A DNA stretch of 64,000 nucleotides from Raillietiella orientalis. Lineage: Eukaryota. Under the pieces are notes generated by a model. It was given only the letters and a program-made list of their open reading frames with translations, made no database searches and was not told the origin of the DNA. Each line of letters starts with the position of its first letter. The stretch's first letter is position 1. The stretch spans positions 62,001-126,000 of the forward strand of contig JAYWIR010000069.1 in assembly GCA_036172245.1 (NCBI GenBank), written 5' to 3'. Below, piece by piece: positions 25,985-39,706 of the stretch. The position numbers were made by a program, and so were the translations under genes.

Positions 25985-27216
25985 AGTTGCTAGTAATCCG
26001 TAGCTTGGCGGTTCGCAGCGTCTCCACTTCGAGCCGAGTACGCCTGGATGGAGTCGAAAGGATGCGTTTCTCCTGTCTCCCGAGATGCCTTGCTGGAGAA
26101 ATGAAGGGAGGCAAACATGGAGACGCATCCCGAGTGTTTTACACCTTTGTGCATCACGTCCTGAGGCCTGAGGCTCACATGGGTGGAAGTGCCGCAAGGG
26201 CACAGTTCAAGCATTCTCATCTTTCCCGAGAGTTTGGACGGTGCACCAACTCTGTAGAGGGTCTCTGCGGGTGAGTTCGCGTTTGATCGGGAGTGCTAAA
26301 CTGCTAGTGTACGCTGGGAGCCAATCCTGAACTCAGCTCGTGAGGTTCCCGACAGAAAGCTCCCGGCTGCAAGTAAACAGAGCCATGCTCACGGATCGCA
26401 CACCTCTGCAAGCTGAGGAAAGAAAGGATGTCGGATGTTGACCTTGAGATACACTTCCGCAGTGCCAAGGTCCCTGTGTCTAGGCAGCACGTGTACAGCG
26501 TGCAGCATGTGGAAGTGGTTTTATTCTCACGAAGGGCTCGCTCTGAGCCCTCCGGCAGAAATGGTACAGATTTCTGCAGTCAGTAGGAATGTGTTCTGGT
26601 CTTCTGAAACGTATGTTTATGAAGCATGGATTCGCCAGTTTCTTACAGCTGGTCTCCATTCTGATTTCAATTTTTTTCATGTATTTCTGGATATACGTAA
26701 CATCCAAAATATGGACATTCATGCAGCTAGTATCCTACTATACATACATATTATGATATGTATATTCAGGAATACTATATATATGTGGAATAGAATACTG
26801 GCTGCATATAGTGCGACAGGGTCTTCTGAATGGCGCTCGACATGCAGCGGAAGTGCTTACATGCCATCAGGCAGATGTCCGACCAGTACCTGAAAGCCAC
26901 GTACATGAAGCGGAAGCTGCATCCCTGTGCCGGTTCACAATAAACAGAAACGTTGTTCAAACAACGACCGCGGAAGCATTACGAGTTTGCGTGCGGTCCA
27001 TAAAAAGAAGCGGGGATTCAGGAAAACAGATCGAATCCGATCTGAAGGAAGATTAAGGACGCTAATTTGCAGGTTACCTCCATCACAGAAAGTGGAGTCT
27101 TAGCAAACGTCCCGAGACAGACCTCTTTCTTGTCTTCGGGGATTCCAAACTCGAAGCTCAGTGGCTCGGAGAAAGAGAAAACTTTGTTCGTCCTCACTCG
27201 GGGTTTCCAATTCAGG

Positions 27217-27505
27217 GGTCTCGCGTCAGGCAGGGATTATTGCCAGAAGTTGCTGGAGGCCGCTCTCCTCGCCTCCTGGTCGCCCTCGCGCTCCTTCCCG
27301 CCAAAACTCCAGTCTTCCAGCTGCATGGCTGCCATCCCGAGGGTGAACAAGCCGTCCCGTCTTCCTTCGCTCGATCTCCAAGGATGGCTGGAGTGTTGCT
27401 GGAGTGCAGGCGCTCTCTTTCCACTCCGAGAATGCTGCTCCGCCTGCTTCCCTTTCACTCTGCAGTGGCGCCGCTTTGGAGCGCCGTGGGCGCCCTCGCC
27501 GCCTG
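27217..27505. repeat. Dispersed direct repeat, partner 25692-25984
   Basis: Same three blocks as 25692-25984 in a different order. Confidence 0.85.
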
Positions 27506-29379
27506 CATTGAATTTCGATAAAGAAGAGACCAAGTGCGAGCGCGACGCAAGGAGAGCAAAACAGGAGAGCTGTTGCTGTTCCCATTACCAACCCGCTCGA
27601 GGTCGTTTCGAGAGGAATGAGAGAGGGATGAGAGAGGAAGGCAAAAGGAAGCGCAAACTCAAAGTTCTACATAGTCTCGAGGTTCCGCGTACCAAAAGAG
27701 TAAGTGAAGTATCTTCAGCGCACAATCTCCCAAATCCTGGGCACCAGCGTCTGCATCCAGGAACAGGCAATTAGAAGAGGCAGTCGCACTCGTAGATTTC
27801 GAAAAGATAGGTTGAGGAATGCAAGACTGCGAGTCTTTAGCGCGCTGCCACGAATTGACTTTCTGCTCGGCGTGTTCCACAGGCATCGTCCAATCCAATG
27901 TTTGCTTTGTTCCGGGAACCCCGCTGATCATAGCAGGCGCCATCTCTCGAGACGTGTCCACTTTGTCATGTTGACGACATGATGAACCGACATGTTTGCT
28001 TAAAAACCGTGTGTTTCCCTTTTCTTTCTGTCTTTCTTCCTTTTGGCACCGGGAGGAGAAATTTCATAGACACCGCTCATGAGGAATTCGCACTCAAGAT
28101 GTTTTCGATTGCAGTTTCTAAGGAGAATGAGACGTGGTAGCGCGGAGATGCAAGGCAGGACGAGTCTTTCCATGGTGACGCGACTTCGGCACGGAATGAA
28201 AGGAAAATCCATTTCCAGCGTGACGTGCATCTTCCCCGAAGAGAAAAGTACAGCACTTTCCGTTCCAGCAGATGTAGAAAAGAAAAAACATGCTCTCATG
28301 TTGCAGGTGCAGCCTGTGCTCGATCGAGACACTTGGGATAAGCGATGACATCCCTCATCGTGCTACTGTTCTTGCTCCGAATACCCATTTGCGTTGGCAT
28401 CCTTTGCGAGACAAGGGGTGAGTGATGCTTCCCATTTTTCAGCTCGAGGAGTTCCGGATGCGCGCGATGTCTGAGAAGACGCCCGGGCTGCAGCCGAGAG
28501 GCCCCGTTCCCGGAACGCGGGTTCGAGAGACCGGGCCGTCGCGGAGCCGGAGGGCGACTTCTCGTGAAGCTCGGGTTCGCAGGTGGAGCTGCCGTCTGCT
28601 CCTCCTCCTCGGTGGACCCTGCGTGGCGAACATGAGGAACACCCATGCTCTGATAACCCCAGTCACGAGCGCGACTCGTCGGAGAACGAATACCCCCTTT
28701 TCTTCCTCACTGATTGCGAGGTGATGCAAAGACTTCCTCCCCTCATCCCTCCCCACGAGCGCGCTCTGATTTTCAAGCCTTTTGGCCTTTTCCCGAATAA
28801 TTTCTGTAAATTCGGTCTCACTGATTCCTCCGTGAGAAGTCCCGCTCGCGCGCGCACGCATCAGGAACATTCCCCAAATTCAAGCCTTTCAATCTTATCG
28901 AGTCAGCAAATTGGACGACCCATTTCCGATTTCTGAGCAACTCTCTGTCTGGGACCTAATTGGCTAGAGATGGTAGCTGTAAAGAGTTTCCCACGTCGAG
29001 GTTCGTTAAGGATTCAGCCAGGAGGTTCTTCCTCCCCCCCTCCCCTTCTTCCCTCCACTCTCAGCAGAAATCGTGAATCGTGCAGGAATGCTGAGAACGC
29101 ATGGCGCTTCCAGGGTTTCCTTCCGACGTCCGCCGGAAGAGGAACGCGGCCCACCGGCTCTCCGCCAGCGAGGGATGCGAGTCGCTCGCTGTCCCACGGG
29201 ACACGCTGAGTCACCCCCCAGTTGCACGCTCCCGGCACACGAGGGCTTTTTGTTTCCGAACGGACCGACGACCCTCGTCAGATGATGCACGGACGAAGCA
29301 CATCTCTTTCTTGTCTATCTTCTTCCTTTTCCGGTTCTCTGAGTGCTGAAGAACCGTCCGCCTAGGGGAGAACGAAGCT

Positions 29380-30430
29380 CTTTGGTACCTGTGCACGCCG
29401 TTCGAGGGTGCGTGGAACTCTTCAGGTTAGGGTGTATTCCCGAAAGGGACCACTTTATGAATCCGGTAAGGGTTCCAGAGAAAAGAGTGCGTTCCTCTCG
29501 CCTAACCGGTGTAGGGCACCTCGAAGGGAACCTCTTCCTCGTTCCCTCCGGGATGATCAGGAATCATTTCTTCCCCGGAGGGACTCCCGGGAAAGGAGCC
29601 GATCCTGAAATTTCTTTTCCGGAGGGTGCCTAGAATGGGACTGCCCCTTGCCACTCTTCCGAAGGGAATCCTGAAGTGATGCTTCCCGATTTCTCTGGAG
29701 GGCGCCTATCCTCAGGGAGCAGCGCGCATTTCTTCACGCTCTAGAGAGGTATCAGTCCACCAGCTCCACGGTACTCGATGGGGGGTCCTCCTCTCAAGAG
29801 AAAAGCGAATCCACCTTCACAACCTAAGGGGGACCACGCAGGGCTCCTAGATTTCTGGAAGCATCCCGGAAAAGACCTCCTATGAATTCAGGAAGGGCTC
29901 CGGGGAAAAGAGTTCGCTCCTCTCACTGTTGGGAGGGAACCTCGAAGGAAACCCTCGCCCTGGTCGTCTCCAAAGGGAACCCAGAAAAGTATCTCTCCCT
30001 CATTCTCTCCGGAGGAACTCCCTGAGGGGTTGAGGAGTCGTATCTTCCACAGAGGGACTCCTAGTGAAAGATCCGTTCCCTGTTTCCTAATCTGAAGAGA
30101 ACCCCCCAAAGGGACGCTTCCCGATTTCCCTGAAGAGGCTACTTCCCGAAGGTAGCGGGGCTCTTCCAGACTGGAGAGGCAGCTCCTGAGTGGGAGGATC
30201 AACCAGCTCCGAGGTATGAGATGAAGGGCTCCATCCGGAGAGGAGGACGGCCCCAATTTCAAGCGGTGCTGAACCCAGAAGAGAACCGACCCCTTGGCTT
30301 CTGGATGGATCCCAGAAGGGACCACCCTACGGATCCGCGAAAAGTTCCCTATCGCTCCCTCTTTCTTCCGAAGGAACCTCCTGGAAGGGACCAGGAGTCG
30401 TTTCCTCCCTAGAGGAACCTCCAGCCAAAG
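29380..30430 (-). mobile_element. Two tandem partial copies of the SINE body (about 29380-29870 and 29900-30430)
   Basis: Both carry CTTCCCGATTT...CCAGCTCC...GGTA, matching 45120-45260. Confidence 0.6.
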
Positions 30431-32093
30431 CATCATCTCCCTCTTTCCTCCTCTGAGGAGAGCTAAACAGGAGTTCCCGGTTTTCCCGACCCACCCTGCG
30501 CTGGGGGGGAGCCGGGCGGCTCCGAGTGAGAGCAGCGGGGCAGCATCTTCCGAAGGCGACCCCCGCGGAAGGGATGCCGCCATCTCCGCCTCCTCCCCAT
30601 CCAGCCCGGCCTCTTTCCCGCAGGAGCCGGGATTCGAAACCGCCTCCTCGGCGACCGCGGGGTTCATGCGCCGCCTGGGAGGGGTCACGGTCGACTTTCG
30701 CCCCTGGTCGGGACGGACGCGCGTCCCTCCATTGTTGCTGCTTTTCTGGAGCGCCTAACCGCTGGATCCGGGGACCAGCGGGAAGGAAGGAGGCGGCAGG
30801 GAAGCGAAAGGACGCTTCCCGATTTATCCGAAGGGCACCTCCCCGGAGACAATAGGGAGCTCCTTGCACCCTTGAAAAGCCACCCTTCGAAAGGATGTCA
30901 AGCGACCTCAATTTTACAACAGATTGGAAACTTCGAAGGGCTTCTTGATGCCCCTGAAGGACCCCGGAGGGTCGTTTTCTCATCCCCACTAGTCAACGGG
31001 GCTTCCGGCTTCCATCGATGCCGCACCCGATTATGGACCAACCAGTGTAATCTTGCGAGGGAAAACTCGAAATCCAGGACGCACTCATTCCTCGGTGCCC
31101 GTCCAATCCCGGCTGGGGATTCTAACCTGCTACGCTTAGTGCCACACTCGGAGGCCCGCAGTCTCACGGCCGCCAGCATGGGCGCGCGGCCGCGGTCCCC
31201 CAGATCCTGTTGTTTGCCCTTTCGAGGACTGCCAGAAAGCGGGCGAAACCCCAACTTCATCAGCATTTCGTCATGCATTCGCTCGGTTGCTACTCAGACA
31301 GCGAGGACCCACCGCAGGTGGGTTCGTCTGCCGAGGAAATGCAGCACCTTCGTGGACGGGTCTTCGAAAGTCTTGGGACGGATGCGAAGAGCAGTTGACA
31401 CCTTTGGACCTTTGCGCGCTGACTGCTTCTGGTCTTTGGTTTCATCCCAGCTCCGTTCCCCGGTGGGACCCTCCACCACGCATTGCAGAGCTGGTTGATT
31501 TCCTCACTCAGTTGCTGCCTCTCCAGAGTGCAAGAAGCGCGCTTCAAAAGAATCCGGAAGGGGACTGGCCGAATGCTTCCTGGTCTCATCTCAGCGCCGA
31601 CTAAGCTTCGAGTCCATGGTCCTTGTCGGGCTGAGCCTTCCGGAAGACATGCAGCACGCAAAAACGCTCCTAGAGACGAAACTGAGATCCGTTTCTTCTT
31701 CTTTTCCTACGATCCCTACGACTGGGTGGGAAGGGGATGCGCAAGGAAAGATCCAGGAGGAGGAGGAGGAGGCGAATAAGAGCAAGAAAAGGAGGAAAAG
31801 GGATGTCGGACTCTTTCTCGTCGGCGACGGCAGCGCCTTGTCGAGCTCGTGGGTGATCCGGAAGGAGACGGGATGCCGATCAAAGGACGAAAGGCGAACC
31901 TTTCCTTCCAGCCTGCCCCCGTTCCCGTGCCAGGCCTCCAGCTCGGCGGTCGCCGTTCCGTGAGGACTCTCCCTTCGGCGAGGACACGCTCGCCCGGGGG
32001 AGAGAGGACAAGATGCGCCTTGTCCGCTCCTCCTACTTTCTCTTGTTGCCTGCTGCTGCCTTCCCTTCCCGGCGAATCCGTCCGTCTTTAGGG

Positions 32094-32522
32094 ACCGGCA
32101 AAAGCGCGAGGGTGGTCACCCGCAAAACCTGAGTCAATCCGTTCGCGCTCACGTGGATGCCGTAGCAGCCGCTCGTGAGACTGCCGAAGGGGTATACTAG
32201 GGTACCTTATTCTACTTTGCAAACAATAACTTCTTAAAAATCAATGGCGTCGCGGCTGTGACCCTGGGTGATCCCCTGATCCATGGAACCTTTAGGTTTC
32301 AGGGTCCCTTGCGAGTGCTCCCTGCTCGCAGGAGGTGGCTCTGCGGTTCGCATTCGGACTATGGTTTCTTGCGTAGCCTGAGGATGGGCCTCTCTTAGAC
32401 GACCGGGTGTAGTCACGTCGGTGGCCTTGCACACGCTGATGGACCTATCGCGGGTGGTCCAGCTTCCCGCAGCGTCCGCGCGGTGGAGGACGGAGGAGGA
32501 CGAAGAAGGATGTAGGAAGAGG
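32094..32522. repeat. Diverged dispersed repeat, partner 35556-35750
   Basis: Shared colinear blocks GCGCGAGGGT.GTCAC.CGCAAAACCTG, CACGTGGAT, GACTGCCGAAG, CTGGGTGATCCCCTG, GGTGGAGGACGGAG. Confidence 0.7.
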
Positions 32523-34002
32523 AAGAGGAAGGGAGAAGGAGGAAGGAGGAGGTGAAAAGGAAGGGGAGGAAGGAAGAGAAGAAAGAGGAAGAGAAAGAAT
32601 GTCCATCAGCGCGCGCCATCATCGACCTAACGAGCCGGTAGGTGACGTGTCTGGAACCTGGCGCTCGCGGCCGACCGCACGACGACGCCCGGTAAGGACA
32701 AGGCGCCGTGCGAATCGATAGGACTTTCGGGAGGGCGCTGCAGCCGTGCAGTGCGGCACAGGAGAACGGGAAAGGAGACGAGATGTTTCGTCTCTCTCAT
32801 CCGCATCTTTCTCGCGCAGCCGATTCGCAAAGCTGGAGGCCTTCGAAGAAGGTCACGCGCGTTTCGTACCATACGGGAAGCAGCGGGCGGGCTGAATGGC
32901 TTTTCGAGCTCAGGAGGGGCTTCGGGCTGCTCCACCCGATCCGCTGGCATCCGAGGGCGAAGACATTCTTCATTTCTTCTTAGGTCACTCGCCCTCGGTC
33001 ACCGCAAGGGACGGCCGCGTTTCGAGGACAGCGTTGGGCCCGCCCAGGATCTATCTCCCCGGCAGCGAAGGTCAGCAGCTGCCTCAAGGGAAACGCCTGG
33101 AGAGGGCGCGTGAGGATGGAAGGGGACCTCGCTGGCGGGAGGAGCTCAACAGTGGGGCCCCAGCAGTAGGGGAACCTGGAGCCACTGGAAGACAGAATGC
33201 GGTGGGTGGCCTGAAGGCTCGAGAGCTGCGCCCGAGAACCTCTGACTTTTTGCCCGAGGCGTTTCACAGAGGCTGGAAGGTTGCTGGGGTGGGTGGTGGT
33301 GGTGGTAGTGTGGTCTCCGTATTCGGTGACTTTGCTCCACTTCGTGAAAAGTTTCTGGAAGGGCGAAACGCATTGGAGTGCGGAATCAGCGGGTCGTCTT
33401 TGAACTAGGGCGGAGACTCCGGGGAGAGAGCGAAGTAAGGGATGGCTGCGAACGAGAGAAGGAGCGTTGCCATGGCTCCGGGGAACGCCATCCAGAGCGG
33501 ACTTTTCTGAGTAGCCTGTGGTTTCTCCAGCTCCCCCGGGCTCTCCGAAAAAGGGGGAGGGGGAAAGGTGGGTTCTGAGCCGTTCCCAGAGGCGAACTCA
33601 TAGTTGACCTTCGACCCTTCCGGTCGAAGCTCCCCGGAAGCATTCCCGCAGATCCCATTCCTCCTCCGTTTCTTCCTGCCGGGCGTTCGTCGGGACGGAG
33701 GACGGCAGGAGTGAGAGGGCAGCTGCATTCGTCCGCCCACCCCTGGGGTGGCCTCCAAAAGGCCCACATCGCTCGGGTGACCGAGAGAAGGGAGCAGGGC
33801 TGACCTTGGAGGACCCACCCCTCCTGATGTGTCTCTTCTCGTCGCTCGGCAGGAAGATGTCGGGTCTTCCATCCTCCCTCCCCTCGACTCCCGATGTTGC
33901 CGAGCGAGGTGCGCGAGCCCACGAGACGGCAAAGGGAAAAGGACGTGGCGACGGCGGGAGGAGGAGGTTGCCCGGCAACGAGGAACAGACGCGGAGGATC
34001 GG

Positions 34003-34009
34003 ATGTCCG
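34003..34009 (+). CDS. Dpr-family gene, candidate start exon (ATG TCC G)
   Basis: Phase-1 donor G|GTAAGG at 34010. A 53-nt intron to the AG at 34061-34062 yields MSARRARSIPAALRLILSSLSASSALG, a plausible signal peptide. Confidence 0.4.
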
Positions 34010-34062
34010 GTAAGGGGAGGACTTCCCTTCCTCCTCCTCCGCTCCCCTGCATCCGAAACAAG

Positions 34063-34355
34063 CGCGGCGCGCCCGCTCGATCCCTGCTGCCCTGCGGCTC
34101 ATCCTCTCTTCTCTCTCTGCTTCCTCAGCCTTGGGCCTCTCCCGGAAGGGCTCCCGATCGGCGACGACGGCATCCCAGCACCAAGAGGGCGCCGTGGACG
34201 ACTCCCCTCCTACCGCAGTGGCCACGGCGCAGCAGGAGTCCGACGAGGGTCCTGCATTCGACATGAGAGCGCCGTCCCAGAACCTGACCATGGTGGTCAA
34301 CGAAACCGCCCACATGAAGTGCATGGTGAAGCGGCTGGAGAAAAATCCCGTCCGG
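34063..34355 (+). CDS. dpr: Dpr-family Ig protein, exon with N-terminal region and start of Ig1 (alternative acceptor at 34129)
   Basis: PAFDMRAPSQNLTMVVNETAHMKCMVKRL matches the Dpr pre-Ig1/Ig1 start. Donor CGG|GTGAGT, phase 0. Both acceptors (34063, 34129) are phase 1. Confidence 0.85.
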
Positions 34356-37300
34356 GTGAGTTCAGGGAAGTCCTCTCCTCTTCCTTCACGAGGAGAATGA
34401 GCAGGGGGAACCGCAAACACCCCCCCCCCCCCCCAAAAAAAAAAAAAGAAACAGAAAAAAAGACTCTAGGAGTGTCCGCGATGACGCGTGCGCTGCATCC
34501 GTGGTCCGCAGAGGACGAACCGCGCAGCGAAGAGCTGATGGTTGGAAGGGAAGGGGCAGCGCGGCTGCCTCGGCGAGTCGAGGCAGCCGCGTGGGTCACT
34601 CTGAAAGACGGGGAAGCTCCATAGAAAATGGGGCAGAAGGTAAGAGAGAGGGGAACCATCCCTTTCCTTCTCACCCCAGTCGAGAGACTTCGCTCCAAGT
34701 CGAGGGAGGCGGAGGGATTGGCCCGAACGAAAGCTCCCGGCGAGCATCAGGGGACGCTCGCCTCCGGGCGTCGGACGTTTCACTCCAAACCTCATGACCT
34801 TGACTGCGGTCTCTACCGCCGCCTCTCCCTTGTCGCGCGGATGCGCAGCTCCCTGTGTGCCCTCGACACTCCCAGATCTCCTTGACCATCCCCTGCCATC
34901 CGTTTGCCGACTCAGGTCATCAGCAGCCTGAGAGGGGCTTTATGCCACAGACCCTGCGCCCCTTCGAGAAGGCGAAATGCACGTTCCCGCGCGCCTCCGC
35001 AAGCGGAGGAGCGTCCCGAAAACCACTCGGGGGAACGCGCTATCCTCCGCAGATACGTGCAGCTTCCACGACTGCGCCCGCTACCCGCCGGGGAAAGGCT
35101 CCTGTCAGGAGAAGCACGGGTCCTTTTGCGACCTCCACCCCTTCTTACGCCTCTAAGGGAGGAACCACCGCCTCGCCGATCAATACAGCACGTGACGTCA
35201 ATCCCTGTGTGGACGCAAGCTTGGAAAAGGAAGATTGGGGTCAAGGATGGGTGACGCAGATAGGGAATCAGTTGGCAGCAGGACTCCTCCTCCCCGCGCA
35301 TTCTTTTAGCCGTTGCCGGTCAACCGAGCTCTCGGCGCGCAAATGGCAAGTTGGACAGGCTCTTAGCGACCTTCGGGCGCCACGAGGGACTGCTCGCTGT
35401 CCACACTTCTCCGTCCAAGCGAACTTCGGCTGCACCGTCGTCCTTGCAGCAGTAGCCCCTCGACCGCCATTTTCTAGCAACGCTCCTGGTCCAGTTTTCC
35501 TTGTAGTCCGAACTCTGCTGCCTTTCCTTCCGGACGAGTTCTTCCATCATTCAAAACCGGCCAGAGCGCGAGGGTCGTCACTCGCAAAACCTGGGGTTAC
35601 CAGTTGGCGCGCACGTGGATCCAACAGCCGTTGCTTGTGACGACTGCCGAAGAGGTCGCATCACAACGGTGGCGCTGGGTGATCCCCTGTCGCCTCTTGC
35701 ATGGAGCCGTTCGGTGGAGGACGGAGAGGGACGTAGGAAGAGAAAGAGGAATGAGGCAGAAGGCAGAAGGACGAGGAAAGCTTCGCTAGGAAAGCTATGC
35801 CCGTCTGCGTGTGGTCACGCCATCGGCCACGAAACCGCTGTGGGTCGTCAGCGAAACGACTCTGTAACGGAGCATTCGCCGGAGCTTTCGTTTCTAACGC
35901 GGTCTTCAGCCTAGCGAAATCGCTTGCGATCATTCTGCCCTGGTAGCAGCCCGCAGATCGCTGGCGTCAGTGCAGGCCAATGCTCGGATTTTCAAGTCCC
36001 TCTTTTGCTGTACGTGCATTTGTACGGGAGCATCGTTCACCTACTGGATGTTTCCAGGAATTCCAAGTTGGGTGCAGAATCACGGAAGAGCCGCTGGCGT
36101 TTCTCCTTTTCCTGCTGCTGGCTGGCAGGAACGCCAAGAAACAGTGCTGAGCATTCTGCCACTCGGGTGCCCTTGCATCGTTTTTCCTGCTACCGTATCC
36201 ACAACCCCATCCCAATTCGTCATTCTCAAATGCTGCTTTTGAGCATTCCATCCGTTCTTGAGGCAACGACAGCCTCCTTCTTGCGTGTCTTCGGCACCAT
36301 CTTAGTGCAAATTTTTCCGTTGCTTCGTATGTTCCTCTTTCTGCTATTGGATGCTTCCCTGGTTAGTGCACCTTACGCTCCACGAACCAATACTTCTTTA
36401 CGCACCATCTCTTCTGCCACTGATCTCCTTCAAGTGCTGCGGCCTCTCCAGGGAACGGCACGCCGCTCTTTGAAAACCCTGGCTTATTTTGTTTGCTCAT
36501 TTTTAACAGCTCACTTCCGCGCCAACTGGAAACCTCATATGCCGTCATCTGGTTCGTTTTGCTGTTGATGAGATCAATAAGATGGATGCCCCGTCGGCCA
36601 CAAGTCGCTCCTCGATGCTGCTTGCGTTTCCGTTGGATCAGCTCCCTCGCGAGGCTGCACATCCAAGGGGCTGTGTGCACCTGAGAAGTCTGCATGGACC
36701 GCCAACCAGCCCCAGACCTCGGTCTGCAGGTCCAAGTCGGTCTGCAGATAAGCAAAGATGGGCACTCTCCCATCTTCTCAGATACGAGGACCGATCCCGT
36801 CCTTGGAGGTCCGTTGGTCCAAATGGTGCCTCGCGTCGGTCGAGATGTGTTCATAGCACCGCGCCGTATCGCCTGCGGTCAGGCAAACTGAGATGCGCGC
36901 GGGGCCAAAAGAGATGCTAGGAGATCCTTTAGAGGTGGAAAGCAGGTGCATCCGGCTGCAGTGTCGAGAAAACTCACTGACCACCATGCTGGCACCAGAA
37001 GGGCGTGTTTTTCTTTCTTGTTCACTCCTCCTCCCTCCTTTCCTGGCTCCTGCAACCGCTCCATGCGGAACTTGACTCTCTGGAGCTCGCTGCTCCCGGC
37101 TGGTGGAGAGACGGAGAGGCCGTAGGTCACCCACCCAAGCAGCTTGCTCTCCGGCCACCTCAGGAACCTCTTCCGGAGTACCATCCTTGAGCAATGCCCC
37201 TTCAGCCTTCCTGACGACGAGGCCTCCCACTACCCTTATCTTTCCGGCACAAAATGTCTCTAGGCGGAGTTTTGGCCATATTTCCAGCTGGTTCGTGAAA

Positions 37301-37589
37301 ATCGTGTCCTCGGAAGAAAGAGGGACGCCTTCGGGTTATGTAGGAAGCGTGGCGAGAGCGACTGGGCACGCGCATGTGCGTCGAAGGTGCCTGTGAGGGA
37401 GCGTACAACTAGAGGGGCACCTGGAAGGTCGCTCCCGGGTCGCTTCCGATGTCTTGCTCCGGAGTTGCACTGCTCGATGCATCCTGGAGCTCGCAGAGTG
37501 CGCGGAGGGCAGAACGCGCAGAGAGAGCCCCTGAGGACGATTATGGAAGGCTTGGGAAACGCGACCCTGAACGCTAATTTTCCACGAAG

Positions 37590-37800
37590 GTATCCTGGAT
37601 CAGGAAGAGGGACCATCACGTGTTGACGTCGGGCATCATCACGTACACGAGCGACGAGAGGATACACGTCTTGCATCCCCCTGACTCCGACGAGTGGACC
37701 CTCGCCATCCGCCTACTGCAGACAAACGACTCCGGGCTGTACGAGTGCCAGATCAGCACAGAACCCAAGATGGGCTACACCTTCCGCCTGAACGTCGTCG
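37590..37800 (+). CDS. dpr: Dpr-family Ig protein, Ig1 core exon
   Basis: VSWIRKRDHHVLTSG..TYTSDER...EWTLAI...DSGLYECQISTEPK is the Dpr signature. Branch-like GCTAAT, AG acceptor, G|GTGAGT donor, phase 1. Confidence 0.96.
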
Positions 37801-38813
37801 GTGAGTAGGCGCTCCGCGACCCTCGCTGGTTCCTGGCTTCCAAAACCGCCTGCAGGCTCCGGAGGTGGGGTGGGGTGGAGAGCAAAAGGAACGGGGATTC
37901 TTCCTTCACACCCGCAGCTTCCTCTCCTTTTCCTATTAGTGGAGAGTCCGCGAACTGTGCGGAATAACGTTAGGAACCTTCTGACTCCTCTTTCTCATCA
38001 CCGTCATCTGTTCTTCTTTCTTTTCCTTGTCGTGATCCAAACCTTCCTCTTTCTCTTGTTACCTCCACTCTCTTACCATTTTCCCTGCATCTCCTCTTTC
38101 TTTCCTCTATCTCTTTTTCCTCTTCCTCTTTCCCTTTACCACCACCACCATCATCTCTTCTTCCTCTCCTTCTTACTTTTCTTTCTCTTGTTGCCTTCAC
38201 CCTCTTGTCATTCGCCCTGTTCCTGCTCGACTGTCCAGAGCTGCCACCTGCTAGGATACGCACCCTACTGCATGCACCTCTTGAAGTAGGTCGTTTCTTC
38301 TTTACCACGACAGAAACCGAAGCTTCTATATAGCAGGAGTAGCATGGACCGCTCCTACTGCGACTTGGTCCTGATCCATGAGGCAGACATGCTCTGCTCA
38401 GCTGCAAAGGGGCACCCTGCAGCTCCAGAAGCACCGATGAGAACCTCTGGAGTAACGGAGAACTCGCGTGGCGAAACCAGCGCTCTGGGCAGCTCCAGCG
38501 ACGCCTAGTCCACGAGGCAGAAGGGTCGAGAAACTCTCACTGGGGGGAGGGGGGAATTGAGCTGACCGCCTCCTCTTCCTCCTTTTCCGGTGCTCTCCGC
38601 TCCTCACAGCGCCGTCGCCGCGTATTCTTGCTCCTACCTCTTTCCTTCTGTGGCTCCGAGAGATCCCACACTCTCCTGGAGAACGTGGGTGTGCAGATCC
38701 GGCCGTGGGCCGGGTCACCCCCGCTAGCTCCTAGTCGGGCGAATGAGGAGCGGCAACAGCTCCCGGGAGACGTAGCTTCTTCATCAACGAGGATGGTTCG
38801 CTTCCACTTCCAG

Positions 38814-39128
38814 AGGCCTACGCACGCATCCTCGGGCCAGCGGAGATCCACGTGCAAACGGGGAACACCATCCGGCTGTCTTGCGCGGTGCACACGACCT
38901 CCGGCGACCTGGAGCTTCCCTCGGTCCGCTGGGGCAGGAGGAGCAACTCCTCGGGAGACGTCCTGCCGCCGTCCCGAGAGGGCAGACTGAAGGTCTACTC
39001 GAGCCGCGCAGACGGCGGGGTCTTCGAGACGATGGTTATATCCAAGGTCAATCCAGGAGACAGCGGGACCTACGTATGCACCCCTTCTAGGGGCAGGAGC
39101 TCTTCCGTTCAAATCAACGTGCTGACCG
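38814..39128 (+). CDS. dpr: Dpr-family Ig protein, Ig2 exon
   Basis: ARILGPAEIHVQTGNTIRLSC...VRW...DSGTYVCTPS...SVQINVLT. TTCCAG acceptor, G|GTAGGT donor, phases 1/1. Confidence 0.94.
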
Positions 39129-39314
39129 GTAGGTGGAGCCTCTCTCCCCCCGCCTCACCCCCCTCTCTCCTCGTGCCCTTTGACCCTGTTCCCTTTTTCC
39201 TCGCTCCTTCTTTTAGAAGAAGAAAACAAAAAAAAAAACCCATCCGGCAGTCCCTCCGGCCTTTCCCGCCCGCTGCCTCCTCGCACAGAGAAGCCTTCCC
39301 TTTTTCATCTGCAG

Positions 39315-39472
39315 ACGAGCGCCCCGCGGCCATGCAGCAGGACAGCAGCGGCGGCGGCGGCGGCGGCCGCTCGGGTCAGCGAGCCGCAGTTTCCCCCCTC
39401 CCGTTCCTCCTCCTCCTCCCCCTCTTCCTGCTCACCGGGTGGAGGACGAGGCGAAGATGCGGCGCCTTCTAG
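39315..39472 (+). CDS. dpr: Dpr-family Ig protein, last coding exon (GPI-signal-like hydrophobic tail)
   Basis: DERPAAMQ (Dpr GE.PAAMQ motif), Ser/Gly linker, PLPFLLLLPLFLL, TAG at 39470-39472. TGCAG acceptor. Confidence 0.9.
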
Positions 39473-39706
39473 CAGCTGGCGCGCTGCTCCTCTCTTCACC
39501 TCTTCTTCGCACCGCGCCCGCCCCGCGGGCGTCTGGACCACCCAACCTCCCCCTCCCCCCCTCATGACCCCTACCGGAGGAAACCTGCAGGAAAACTCGC
39601 GCCCGTCCCGGGGGAGAAACAGGAAGAAATCCACTGTCCTGGGAAGGAAGCACTGGAGCGAGAGACGGAGGACAGGAGTATTTTTTTATTGGGATGTACC
39701 CGTTTC

